Positions 12,570 to 22,939 of a DNA stretch of 64,000 nt are shown piece by piece. Location of the stretch: contig CM120645.1 of the NCBI GenBank assembly GCA_051362555.1, forward strand, positions 22,630,001 to 22,694,000, read 5' to 3'. Source of the stretch: Lingula anatina (Eukaryota > Animalia > Brachiopoda). Below the pieces are notes generated by a model, which was not told the origin of the DNA, searched no databases, and was given only the letters and a program-made list of their open reading frames with translations. A program made the translations under genes and the position numbers. Position 1 is the first letter of the stretch. Each line of letters begins with the position of its first letter.

Positions 12570-12992
12570 TGTTACGGTCCAACACGGCCCGCACATAAAA
12601 AAACACACAAACAACAGTGTATCAACTATGAAAATAATATTCTATGTCCATATCTGTTCAACTGCCTTTATCGAAGCGCCGTTTTCCACTTGAGGCTGAG
12701 ATTCTGTGCTGCTGCCTTTCATAGTGAGTTAAGTTAGGCTTCAAATAGTCCAGGTCCTAAAATACAGTTTTTCCACTGTCAAAGTTCAAACTGTTCACAC
12801 TCACGTGTTGTGTTCTCCAGTGTCTTAAATACAGTTTTCACTGTCAAAGTCCAGACTGTTCACACGCACATGCTGCGTTCTCCAGCATCTCAAATACAGT
12901 TTTTCACTGTCAAGGTCCAGACTGTTCACACGCACGTTTTGCGTTCACCAACATCCCGCACTCCAATCAGTCCCGCACTTAATAACGTCACA
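12570..12992 (-). repeat. 3' LTR containing three internal repeats of about 65 bp
   Basis: Matches 17720-18142. Unit AAATACAGTTTT(T)CACTGTCAA...CTGTTCACAC occurs three times. Confidence 0.95.
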
Positions 12993-13049
12993 CCTCCCTC
13001 CTTAAAGGGAAAAGTTGGAATCTATGACAACTTTTTTTTTAAACAAAAC

Positions 13050-16000
13050 TTAACTACATGATCGAGAAAGTGCATCTGCAATTACATTGTCAACACCACG
13101 GATATGCTTTACCTCCAGACTAAACTCTTGCAGTAACAAACTCCAGTTCAACAATCTTCTGTTCTTATTCTTTAACTTATCAAGAAAAGTCAGTGGGTTA
13201 TGATCTGTATATACAACAATTGGTTGACATGATGCAGAAACATAAACTTCAAAATGCTGTAAAGCTAAAACTAAAGCTAAGGCTTCCTTTTCAATGGTAG
13301 AATAATTTCTTTGGTGAACATCAAACTTCTTGGAAAAGTAACAAACAGGATGTTCAATATCATTGTCATCTACCTGTAATAACACAGCACCCGCTCCAAC
13401 ATCACTTGCATCTACTGCTAAACTAAAAGGTTTCTGGAAGTCTGGGGCTTGAAGAACAGGGTTTGCACACAGCAAAGATTTGACCCTACCAAAAGCTTTT
13501 TGGCATGAATCAGACCACACAAACTTAGTGTTTTTCTTCAACAAATCTGTAAGTGGTGAGGTAATATCAGCAAAGTTTCTACAAAACTTTCTATAATAAC
13601 CAGCCATGCCCAAAAATCGCATCAGACTGCGTTTGTTGTGAGGTATAGGGAAATTCACTATGTCCTGAATTTTTGCCTCAATAGGGGCCACTTTCCCATG
13701 ACCTACCACATGTCCCAAATAGACCACACTGGCTTGACAAAAGTCACTTTTTGCCAAATTAACAGTCAAATGTGCTTCCTTCAATCTCTGAAGCACTTTA
13801 CCCAGTAAAAGGAGGTGTTGTTCAAAGGTGTCACTGTACACAACAATATCGTCTATGTATACCTCCACACCATCAATATCTGCTAAACACTCATTCATCA
13901 TACGTTGAAATGTCGCTGGTGAATTTTTCATACCAAAAGGCATGACCTTGTACTGATATAGACCCTTTGGGGTGACGAAAGCTGATATTTCTTTTGCCCT
14001 TTCTGTTAAAGGGACACACCAGTATCCTTTCAGTAGGTCACATTTTGTGATGTACTTTGCTTTACCGATCTTGTCAATGCAATCAGCCATTCTAGGTATG
14101 GGATAAGAATCAGTTTTTGACAAAGAATTCACTTTTCGATAGTCCGTACAAAACCTCACAGACCCATCCGACTTTGGTGTCAGAACACAGGGTGAAGCCC
14201 AACTGCTCTGACTCACCTCAATAATACCATTTTCCAACATGTATGACACCTCTTTGTCCATCACTTCAGCTTTATGAGGATTTACACGATAAGGATGTTG
14301 CTTTACAGGCATTGCATCACCAACATCAACATCATGCTCGGCTATGTGAGTCTTGTTAGGCACATCAGGGAATACACTCTGGTACTCCAACAACAATGTT
14401 CTCAGCTCACTTGACTCTAGAGGGGACAGATGACTTAACTTTGCATCGAGGTTTTCCAAAATATCTGAATTGCAAAGTCGCACAGGGCACTTTTCTTCTG
14501 GTTCAACACCTGGGCTAGATTCTGATACAACACCTACAGGCAAAACTTTATCTGACCTCTGGTGATATGCTTTTAGCATGTTCACGTGACACAACTGAGT
14601 AGCTTTACGCCGATCAGGGGTTTTAACAACATAATCAACCTCATTAACCCTCTTCAGAATCTCATAAGGACCCTGGTATCTAGCTTGCAAAGGACTACCT
14701 GGAATAGGTAACAGCACCAAGACCTTGTCACCTGGGCAAAAATTGCGATCACATGCCACTTTATCATACAACCTCTTCATCTTGACCTGAGACAACTTAA
14801 GGTTCTCATGAGCCAACTCACACGCCCTATGCAATCTCTCCTTGAACCTGGACACATATTCCAACAAGCTAACATCCTCTGAATCTTCCTGCAACCACTT
14901 TTCTTTCAACAACTTCAATGGTCCTCGAACACTATGCCCGAACACCAGCTCAAAAGGACTAAAGCCTAACGACTCCTGTACAGACTCTCTGACTGCAAAC
15001 AATAACAAAGGGACCCCTTCATCCCAATCCTTCTCATTTTCGAAGCAAAATGTTTTTATCATATTCTTTAATGTAGAATGAAATCTTTCTAACACCCCTT
15101 GTGATTCTGGGTGGTAAGCGCTTGATGTAATCTGTCTAGCCCCTAATTCACATACAACTTGCTGAAATAGACCGGACATGAAATTCGAACCTTGGTCTGA
15201 CTGAATTTCTTTAGGTAATCCGACTAATGTGAAGAAATTGATGAGAGCCTTGATAATCTTTGGAGCTGTAATGTTTCTGAGCGGGATTGCTTCGGGAAAA
15301 CGTGTGGACGCGCACATAACTGTCAACAAATACTGATTTCCAGACTTCGTTTTTGGCAGAGGACCTACACAATCCACAATGACCCTACTAAACGGCTCCT
15401 CAAATGCTGGAATGGGCTTGAGTGGAGCAACGGGAATTTTCTGATTGGGTTTTCCAACCATCTGACAACTGTGACAGGTTTTACAAAACTGTGATACGTC
15501 CTTTCTTAACCTAGGCCAATAGAAATGTCTCATGATTTTATCACACGTTTTGTTCACCCCTAAGTGACCACCCATGGGAACTTCATGCGCCAACTTCAAC
15601 ACTTCCTCCCGATACACTCTAGGCACAACAATCTGGTTCAAAACTAACCAATCCTCAGAGGCTGGGACTTCGGGGGGCCTCCACTTCCTCATCAAAACAC
15701 CATTCTTAACAAAGTAGCCTACTGGAACCTGCGAAAGTTCTTCTTCTGAGAGAATTTTATCAAAACATGAGGATAATTCAGGATCTTTCTCCTGCTCACA
15801 AACAAGCTGATTTCTAGAAAAGGACATTTTTGCCTTTGACTTGCTAGAATCCTCAGAACCAGTGACATGATTAAAAGGAACATCCACGGGACCTAAAAAT
15901 GTTGCTGACAGGTCAATAAGGTCATCCTCTGTCTCAACAACGATATTCTGGGCATCAGCCATCTTTTTGGCTAGAGCTCTAGTCACCGCACAAGAAGGAA

Positions 16001-17639
16001 ACACACTGGGATCCTCTTTAACCACAGGGTCACTTTGGGACAACGGGACTGGCTCAGAAACCACCATGGGTTCCGCGACAACTTTGCTCCCTGCCAAATC
16101 ATTCCCCAACAATAAAGAAACACCTTTGACCGGCAGAGTGGGCATAACACCAACAACTACAGAACCTGACACAATATCTGATTTCAGGTTAACATGGTGT
16201 AAAGGAACTGTCACAAAACCACCTTCAATACCCTGCGCAATCACATACTCACCAGTGGCAGAATGTGAATCAGACGGTAACACATCCTCCAACAATAAAG
16301 ACTGAGTAGCACCAGTATCACGCAGTATCTTGATGGGTACAGGGCTGGTTTGATCACAAAATGAAACAGATCCTTCAGATACAAAAGGGAAAAACTCCTC
16401 CCTAATTTCAGATTTCAAGACAGTATTTTCAGGAGTAAGTGATCCAGTGGAATGTGGCTTATAACATGATACAAATGCATTAGGATTTGGTTCCCTTTGC
16501 TTCTTCCTTTTTAAGGAGTAACAGTCTGACATAACATGACCCGGTTTTTTACAGTAATGACATATAATGCCTGTCAGCTTTGACTGACCGGAGGCTGACG
16601 GCTTTGACTGAACAGGGCCTGATGGCTTTGATGGGCCATTTTCAGGCCGTGGAGCATTCTTGGAACCACTATGCTCGTTAACACCTTTTTTTCCATAATC
16701 TGATTTATGTGTCAACACATAATCATCAGCCATTACAGCAGCTTCCTTTAAGGTTTCAACCCTGTGTTCACTTAAGTAAGTCTTGAGATCATCACGAACA
16801 CACCTCTTAAACTCCTCAATTAGAATAGTTTGTCTCAATTTTTCAAAGTCATTCACCTTATTGGAGCTACACCACCTGTTAAACAACGTTTCTTTTTCAT
16901 GTGCAAACTCAACAAATGTTTGAGCATCCTGTTTCCTATGACCCCTAAACTTTTGACGGTAAGCCTCTGGAACCAACTCGTAAGCTTTGAGGATAGCTGC
17001 CTTCACCACGTTGTAATCTAGGCATTGATCTGCAGACAGTGCAGTGTATGCTGTCTGAGCTTTACCTTTAAGCACACTTTGTAACAGGACTGCCCACTTA
17101 CTAACAGGCCACTCAAGACTTCCAGCAACCTTCTCAAAGTAAAGAAAGTACTTATCCACCTCATTTTCATTAAATGGGGGTACCAGTCTGACATTCTTAC
17201 TAAAATCAAATTTAGATTCAACAGTGGCGAATTTTGATTCAAGCTCTTTGAAGCGTTTATCTGCCTCAATTTTGTGTATTTCAATTTCTTTATTTGCCTC
17301 AATTCTACGCTTTTCAAGCTCAGCCTGGATCTCAGCTTGAGCAGCTTGAAGTTTAGCCTTCTCCAACTGAATTTCCTCAAGACGAATTTGTTTATCTGCC
17401 TCAATTTTTTCTGCTGCCATGGATGAATCTAGAGTATCAGTATATTCGGAAAGACTTTCTTCAGGTAAAAGGCCTTCATCAACTAAACACTCTACAATTA
17501 ATTTTGTGATTTCGTACTTCCTCATGGACCTTTTAACATCTATCTCCAACATTCGGGCAACCTCTAGTAATTCTAGCTTCTTAAATTTCTCCAACACCTG
17601 GAGGGAAGGTGCTATTAAAAACTCCTTCAGCTCAGCCAT
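13050..17639 (-). CDS. Gag-Pol polyprotein, 1529 aa, order Gag(CCHC)-PR-IN-RT-RNaseH
   Basis: CHYCKKPGHVMSDC; LRDTGA; GGHLG...CHSC, VDCVGP, SDQG, GPY; then YIDD; then VDAS...TDHNPL...ADALSR. Confidence 0.97.
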   Translation of the reverse strand: MAELKEFLIAPSLQVLEKFKKLELLEVARMLEIDVKRSMRKYEITKLIVECLVDEGLLPEESLSEYTDTLDSSMAAEKIEADKQIRLEEIQLEKAKLQAAQAEIQAELEKRRIEANKEIEIHKIEADKRFKELESKFATVESKFDFSKNVRLVPPFNENEVDKYFLYFEKVAGSLEWPVSKWAVLLQSVLKGKAQTAYTALSADQCLDYNVVKAAILKAYELVPEAYRQKFRGHRKQDAQTFVEFAHEKETLFNRWCSSNKVNDFEKLRQTILIEEFKRCVRDDLKTYLSEHRVETLKEAAVMADDYVLTHKSDYGKKGVNEHSGSKNAPRPENGPSKPSGPVQSKPSASGQSKLTGIICHYCKKPGHVMSDCYSLKRKKQREPNPNAFVSCYKPHSTGSLTPENTVLKSEIREEFFPFVSEGSVSFCDQTSPVPIKILRDTGATQSLLLEDVLPSDSHSATGEYVIAQGIEGGFVTVPLHHVNLKSDIVSGSVVVGVMPTLPVKGVSLLLGNDLAGSKVVAEPMVVSEPVPLSQSDPVVKEDPSVFPSCAVTRALAKKMADAQNIVVETEDDLIDLSATFLGPVDVPFNHVTGSEDSSKSKAKMSFSRNQLVCEQEKDPELSSCFDKILSEEELSQVPVGYFVKNGVLMRKWRPPEVPASEDWLVLNQIVVPRVYREEVLKLAHEVPMGGHLGVNKTCDKIMRHFYWPRLRKDVSQFCKTCHSCQMVGKPNQKIPVAPLKPIPAFEEPFSRVIVDCVGPLPKTKSGNQYLLTVMCASTRFPEAIPLRNITAPKIIKALINFFTLVGLPKEIQSDQGSNFMSGLFQQVVCELGARQITSSAYHPESQGVLERFHSTLKNMIKTFCFENEKDWDEGVPLLLFAVRESVQESLGFSPFELVFGHSVRGPLKLLKEKWLQEDSEDVSLLEYVSRFKERLHRACELAHENLKLSQVKMKRLYDKVACDRNFCPGDKVLVLLPIPGSPLQARYQGPYEILKRVNEVDYVVKTPDRRKATQLCHVNMLKAYHQRSDKVLPVGVVSESSPGVEPEEKCPVRLCNSDILENLDAKLSHLSPLESSELRTLLLEYQSVFPDVPNKTHIAEHDVDVGDAMPVKQHPYRVNPHKAEVMDKEVSYMLENGIIEVSQSSWASPCVLTPKSDGSVRFCTDYRKVNSLSKTDSYPIPRMADCIDKIGKAKYITKCDLLKGYWCVPLTERAKEISAFVTPKGLYQYKVMPFGMKNSPATFQRMMNECLADIDGVEVYIDDIVVYSDTFEQHLLLLGKVLQRLKEAHLTVNLAKSDFCQASVVYLGHVVGHGKVAPIEAKIQDIVNFPIPHNKRSLMRFLGMAGYYRKFCRNFADITSPLTDLLKKNTKFVWSDSCQKAFGRVKSLLCANPVLQAPDFQKPFSLAVDASDVGAGAVLLQVDDNDIEHPVCYFSKKFDVHQRNYSTIEKEALALVLALQHFEVYVSASCQPIVVYTDHNPLTFLDKLKNKNRRLLNWSLLLQEFSLEVKHIRGVDNVIADALSRSCS

Positions 17640-17696
17640 ATTTTGCTATTTTGTAACTCACTTAACATATGCACAGTCTAATTTTGTTCTTGATCT

Positions 17697-17714
17697 ATCC
17701 CGGACGAGCCCCCA
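17697..17714 (-). promoter_or_regulatory. Primer binding site complementary to the tRNA-Pro 3' end
   Basis: Minus strand reads TGGGGGCTCGTCCGGGAT, the classic tRNA-Pro PBS, 5 nt downstream of the 5' LTR. Confidence 0.93.
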
Positions 17715-17719
17715 ATTTA

Positions 17720-18142
17720 TGTTACGGTCCAACACGGCCCGCACATAAAAAAACACACAAACAACAGTGTATCAACTATGAAAATAATATTCTATGTCCA
17801 TATCTGTTCAACTGCCTTTATCGAAGCGCCGTTTTCCACTTGAGGCTGAGATTCTGTGCTGCTGCCTTTCATAGTGAGTTAAGTTAGGCTTCAAATAGTC
17901 CAGGTCCTAAAATACAGTTTTTCCACTGTCAAAGTTCAAACTGTTCACACTCACGTGTTGTGTTCTCCAGTGTCTTAAATACAGTTTTCACTGTCAAAGT
18001 CCAGACTGTTCACACGCACATGCTGCGTTCTCCAGCATCTCAAATACAGTTTTTCACTGTCAAGGTCCAGACTGTTCACACGCACGTTTTGCGTTCACCA
18101 ACATCCCGCACTCCAATCAGTCCCGCACTTAATAACGTCACA
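17720..18142 (-). repeat. 5' LTR
   Basis: No mismatch to 12570-12992 seen by eye. Confidence 0.95.
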
Positions 18143-20203
18143 ATGTAAAGGTCGCTGCAAAACAAATCCTTTTTTAATGTTAATAATTCTAAATATTTCA
18201 TGAGTTTGTCTGCCGGCGGAGCTATGGGTTTTTTATTTTTTATTTATTTATTTTTTATTTATTTATTTATTTATTTATTTTTTTGCACCTTAGAGCCCAT
18301 ACTACAACAAGACTGAAGACGCCAGCGGTTTATTTCTGCTCTGGAGTGGAACGCTGAGGACAGCTCTCAATTGTACAGGATGTTGTACATCTTTGACCTT
18401 TACAATAGATGGCGCTGAGTGTTCAAACCCCTACCCCATTGACTATGCAGAGTACCACGCCAACAGGAAAGAGCTTCATCACCACGTGGAGTGTGAGCTA
18501 ATTTCTTTTTATTTATACTTAAACACAATTTGTTTCTAGTTTACACGCGTTAAGATAATGTTTATTTTTTTATTATTTTTTTTTAAAAGACCCAATTTGG
18601 ATATATGATCGAGTGACAAACTCACACAACATTGTAATTGTTACCTATTTTACCTAGTTTTTGGAATCTGCTACGGGATAGGCATGGGAAATAGAACTGT
18701 TGCCTTAGAATACAAAGACTGCGATGGATCATTTCATGATAGTCACATGGGTTGGAACGCCAGGTCACGTGTTATTATGGCAGAAGTGCCTGGAACCACG
18801 GGATCGGGTAAATGTTTTTTTTTTTGTACATGTGAAATTAGCTTTTTATATAGTTTACATGTAACGTTAGGTTTTTATTTTAAATCAGCAGCTTCTTGAA
18901 CTCGGTTAGATTTTAACTGCTGTGATTATATAATGTTGCCAAATTACCTTTGCGGAGGGGAACGTACCTGTAAGTACATTGTACAAGATAATAATATAAT
19001 TTCCAGAGGACAAATCTGTTTATTTTGGTTATATAAAAACATTGTATATCTACTCTACTTGAATAAATATATCTTATTTTACAAGGTAAAAAGTATTACA
19101 CATTAAACCAAGTTTATTAAATCTTTCAGCCACGTGTGCGTCTCAAACGGCCTTCAATATTCAACAGTTTGCTACCCGTTTCCACACAAACACAAGTAAT
19201 GAAAACATACATTCGGTACGTAACTGAACTTAAAGGTGGCTATCTCTTTGTCGTTGGACCCATCTTTTAGATGAGCACATGATATTGAGACATTGACCTA
19301 ATTTTAGAATTTCTTGGAAACATGCAAAATATATTCGTAAAATTCACTTCAATAATGGTATCATATTTTTTGTGAGAATTCTTTGGTATGCGTTCCTCTG
19401 GCGCTTACATTTTGCCCCAGATCTGGAGAAACCAGGCGCTTTTGAAAACTGAAACCACCCTCAACAACATCCAACATTGTTAACAGCAAGAAAACGAAAT
19501 CAAATTTGAAGCTGTTCTCATTTCCCATTTTAGATGTTCTCATCTCTTATCTTTAATGTGCATTTATCCGGTAATCGAACAATCACTCGTGGAAAAATAC
19601 TGGCGATAAATATAATTTATTGGTCACAATAAAGGGATTTATGTGTGATGAGGGTATTAATGTGATGTAAGATGCCCAGGGACTAAGATAGGTTGATAGA
19701 AAGATAAGCTCCAGATGCTTTTTCCCTAATTACAGACAGGATGTCTCCGCTTTGTATTTCACGCTGTTAAGTTAATTACTACCAAATGACACTGGTCAGA
19801 TACCAGTATAGCAAAACCTGATTGGTCAGTACAACCTAGTCTCATTGTGATCAGCCAATCAGAATCATAAGGAGTTCAGCTTCACCAAGAACAAAGAACA
19901 CTCTGTCTCACTTCCTTAGAAATTTTTAACCTAGTAGTACATGCTCAGGAGAGAATAGTTTTTAGTGAATTTCATAAAGTTTCTCAAAGTTTCTCGAAGT
20001 TTATCAGTGCCACAAGGAATATCAAGCAAAACACAAGTGTATCATAAAGAGGCGATCACCAGTTCATCAAATCCACAACAAGGGTGAGTACCTAAATTTT
20101 AGAATCTGTTTGAGTATTTAAGCTCAAAGTTTAAGCTATTGCAGTATTTCGTGAATTTTGCATTCAGTTTACACAGAACTTGACTTGTCTCGCATTATTC
20201 AGA

Positions 20204-20782
20204 ATGGTTCACAAGGTTTTAGCACTGGGTCACTCATACATTCGTAGGTTAGGGCAAACTGTAGAAAATCTGCAAGAAGAATATTTTAATCTGGGTTTTG
20301 ATGGGACTAGTGTACAAGTTGTCTGTCATGGCATAGGGGGAGGTGTAATTAGTAAGGGCCCTAAGTCTCTTAGAAATGAAATGGATATGTTAGCTAGCTA
20401 TAACCCAGATGTAGTATACCTTCAAATAGGAGGCAACGATTTGGCTAAGAAATATGCAGATCCCTTAGGAACTGCACAGGAGGTATTGAAATTTGCTGAG
20501 GACTTGATCAGTTTCCCAAGCGTTAAGTTAGTCATCATTGGACAACTGCTGCCACGTTATGTAGATACAGGGTCTTACAATGAAAAGGTAGTTAAAACAA
20601 ATTTACATCTCAAAGCATATGCACAAAGTCACCCCAACATATATTTTTGGCACCACAGGGGTTTCTGGAAAGATTCACGGGGCATGTTTAGTAGAGATAG
20701 GGTACATTTGAACTATTCAGGAATGCAAAAATATGCAAAGAGCGTACGTTGTGCCATAGGAAAGGGCCTTGCAAAATTGTAG
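20204..20782 (+). CDS. SGNH/GDSL hydrolase-like protein encoded inside the Ngaro element
   Basis: Blocks LGHSY (I), HGIGG (II), IGGND (III) and DRVH (V) are all present; ATG at 20204 follows an AG acceptor. Confidence 0.85.
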   Translation: MVHKVLALGHSYIRRLGQTVENLQEEYFNLGFDGTSVQVVCHGIGGGVISKGPKSLRNEMDMLASYNPDVVYLQIGGNDLAKKYADPLGTAQEVLKFAEDLISFPSVKLVIIGQLLPRYVDTGSYNEKVVKTNLHLKAYAQSHPNIYFWHHRGFWKDSRGMFSRDRVHLNYSGMQKYAKSVRCAIGKGLAKL

Positions 20783-21202
20783 TAGCCAACAGAACCTTAG
20801 TTTAGTTAAGCACTTTTAGTTTCAGTACTGCACTCTCAAGAGTAGAATTAACATTAAAAACACACAGTTTACAGTGAAGGCCAGTTCATCTTTCGCAGCT
20901 TAACTGCATATTTTGACTAGTACAGTTGGAACTAACTTCACAAATCAGGCATTGTTCAGTGAGAAAGTAGCATCAATTATCAAATTATCCCGGTGTAAGT
21001 ACATATAAACATGTCTTGGAAAATAGTTAATATGCTAACAAGGGAAGTCCTATATAGGATAAATGACAATAGTCTCCATTTTTATAGTGTTGGTTTAGCA
21101 AACTTAGTATATAAAGTGCTGTATGAAAATTATGTTTCTTTGCAAAATTATAAATTTGTTTTGCTCAGTGCTTAATCTCTGATTTAAATTCAATAATGTA
21201 AA

Positions 21203-21653
21203 GCTAACATGTGGAGATTCAACAGTATTGGATTGTTTGTATGGGGCGAGTTCTTCAGTAATGTTGGCCATGCTAACATGTGGAGATCGTCTCCAGTATT
21301 GAATTGTTTGTATGGGGCGAGTTCTTCAGTAGTGTTGGCTATGCTAACATGTGGAGATCGTCTCCAGTATTTGATTTTTTGTATGGGGCGAGTTCTTCAG
21401 TAGTGTTGGCTATGCTAACATGTGGAGATCGTCTCCAGTATTTGATTGTTTGTATGGGGCGAGTTCTTCAGTAGTGTTGGCTATGCTAACATGTGGAGAT
21501 CGTCTCCAGTATTGGATTTTTTGTATGGGGCGAGTTCTTCAGTAGTGTTGGCTATGCTAACATGTGGAGATCGTCTCCAGTATTGAACTGTTTGTATGGG
21601 GCGAGTTCTTCAGTAGTGTTGGCCATGCTAACATGTGGAGATCGTTTCCAGTA
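21203..21653. repeat. Tandem array, 71-bp unit, about 6.4 copies
   Basis: Units begin at 21203, 21272, 21343, 21414, 21485, 21556 and 21627. Confidence 0.95.
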
Positions 21654-21964
21654 CTTGCTTGATGTAGGAAGTGAGATCTCAGTAGTGTTAGAATCAGCTT
21701 CATTTTCATTAGGCTAATAGAGTCCATTTCAGACTCAATATAAGCATATATATGGATATACCATATACTAATTTGAGTTTAGAAATGCATATAAACATGT
21801 GTAGGCTAAATTAGGTTCAGTTTAATTTATAATGATTCAGCAGCTGTAATGTTTACTGTCAGTAAAATAATACTTAAGGTATTCTAGTGTATCTCCTATT
21901 CATTTTCACAAATAACCCCATGGACAAGCTTGCTGTGCGCATAAATTTACTTATTCCAGTAGAC

Positions 21965-22939
21965 ATGCCACCAACAAGAAGGAGTCGAGTCAGTGCCCGG
22001 GCAACACCAGTGGCCCCTCGTGGGAGACCAGCTCGTGCATCCAAAACTAACAGCAGACAAGAAATGGCAATCCAAAACTTAGAAGCAGCCATTGACTATG
22101 ATAAATTAGCTGATAAAGTGGCTCAAAGACTAATGGCTGCCCAACAGAATACTCCACCCACTCCTACTGAAGCGCCCACATTTGAACCACAGCCAGGTCC
22201 AAGCTCTTCCCAGGATGAACAACCCAGTGCAGGTACGAACTTTCTGATTGATCCAAACCTGTATACAACTATGCCTCTGGGTTTTCACGTGGATGAAAAG
22301 ACCAGACAAAAAATCTTTAACAATGAATATGTGGAATTTGCACAGCTCTTATACCCGGAGCAGAGCACAACTTTCAACCTTTACACAGACAGAGACGGTA
22401 ATGTCACCTCACAACCAAAAACAAAATTCCTCAGAAGTATAAACCAGTGGAACCAGTCTTTTGACATTTTTCTGGCTATTTATTCATCTAAATTTTCAAA
22501 TGAAACCCCCAATTTAGCTAAGTATGCAAGTACAATTAGACAAATTGACAACACATATGGATTTGCAGCTGCAAAATTTTATGATGAATATTTTAGAAAG
22601 CTAAGAGCCTTGGCCCCTCTTGACTGGTCCATAGCACATAATGAGCTATGGCGACAGGTAACCATCAAATTTAATAAAGTAGGCCCACCAACATTCTCCC
22701 GCCCAGTTAGGAAACAGCCCCAGCCCTTTCGTTCCCAATACAACACGAGGACCCCCTTTGGATATTGCAGAAAGTACAATTCTGAAGGAGTATGCCACTA
22801 CAACAACTGCATATACAGGCATGCTTGCTTCCAATGCCAACAACAGCACCCTTTCAAGTTCTGCAGAGGAAAAGATAATCACACCCCAAAACAAAACCCT
22901 GCAAGCACTACCAACACCAATAAAGGCAAAACGTCTTGA
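21965..22939 (+). CDS. gag: Gag-like ORF1 of the Ngaro element
   Basis: Starts MPPTRRSR; C-terminal Cys/His finger CRKYNSEGVCHYNNCIYRHACFQCQQQH; overlaps the RT ORF. Confidence 0.8.
   Translation: MPPTRRSRVSARATPVAPRGRPARASKTNSRQEMAIQNLEAAIDYDKLADKVAQRLMAAQQNTPPTPTEAPTFEPQPGPSSSQDEQPSAGTNFLIDPNLYTTMPLGFHVDEKTRQKIFNNEYVEFAQLLYPEQSTTFNLYTDRDGNVTSQPKTKFLRSINQWNQSFDIFLAIYSSKFSNETPNLAKYASTIRQIDNTYGFAAAKFYDEYFRKLRALAPLDWSIAHNELWRQVTIKFNKVGPPTFSRPVRKQPQPFRSQYNTRTPFGYCRKYNSEGVCHYNNCIYRHACFQCQQQHPFKFCRGKDNHTPKQNPASTTNTNKGKTS

Larger units (their letters stand above)
12570..18142 (-). mobile_element. Intact Gmr1-like Ty3/gypsy LTR retrotransposon
   Basis: Two apparently identical 423-bp TG...CA LTRs (12570-12992, 17720-18142); ATGT TSD (12566-12569, 18143-18146); PPT next to 12993; tRNA-Pro PBS; single ORF. 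Confidence 0.97.

Noticed and set aside
14842-17748. Plus-strand ORFs within the Gmr1-like element
   Set aside because: Short antisense shadows of the polyprotein frame with no motifs.
21203-21653. CRISPR-like array next to a reverse transcriptase
   Set aside because: Units are contiguous near-identical repeats with no unique spacers; there are no cas genes; the context is a eukaryotic retrotransposon.
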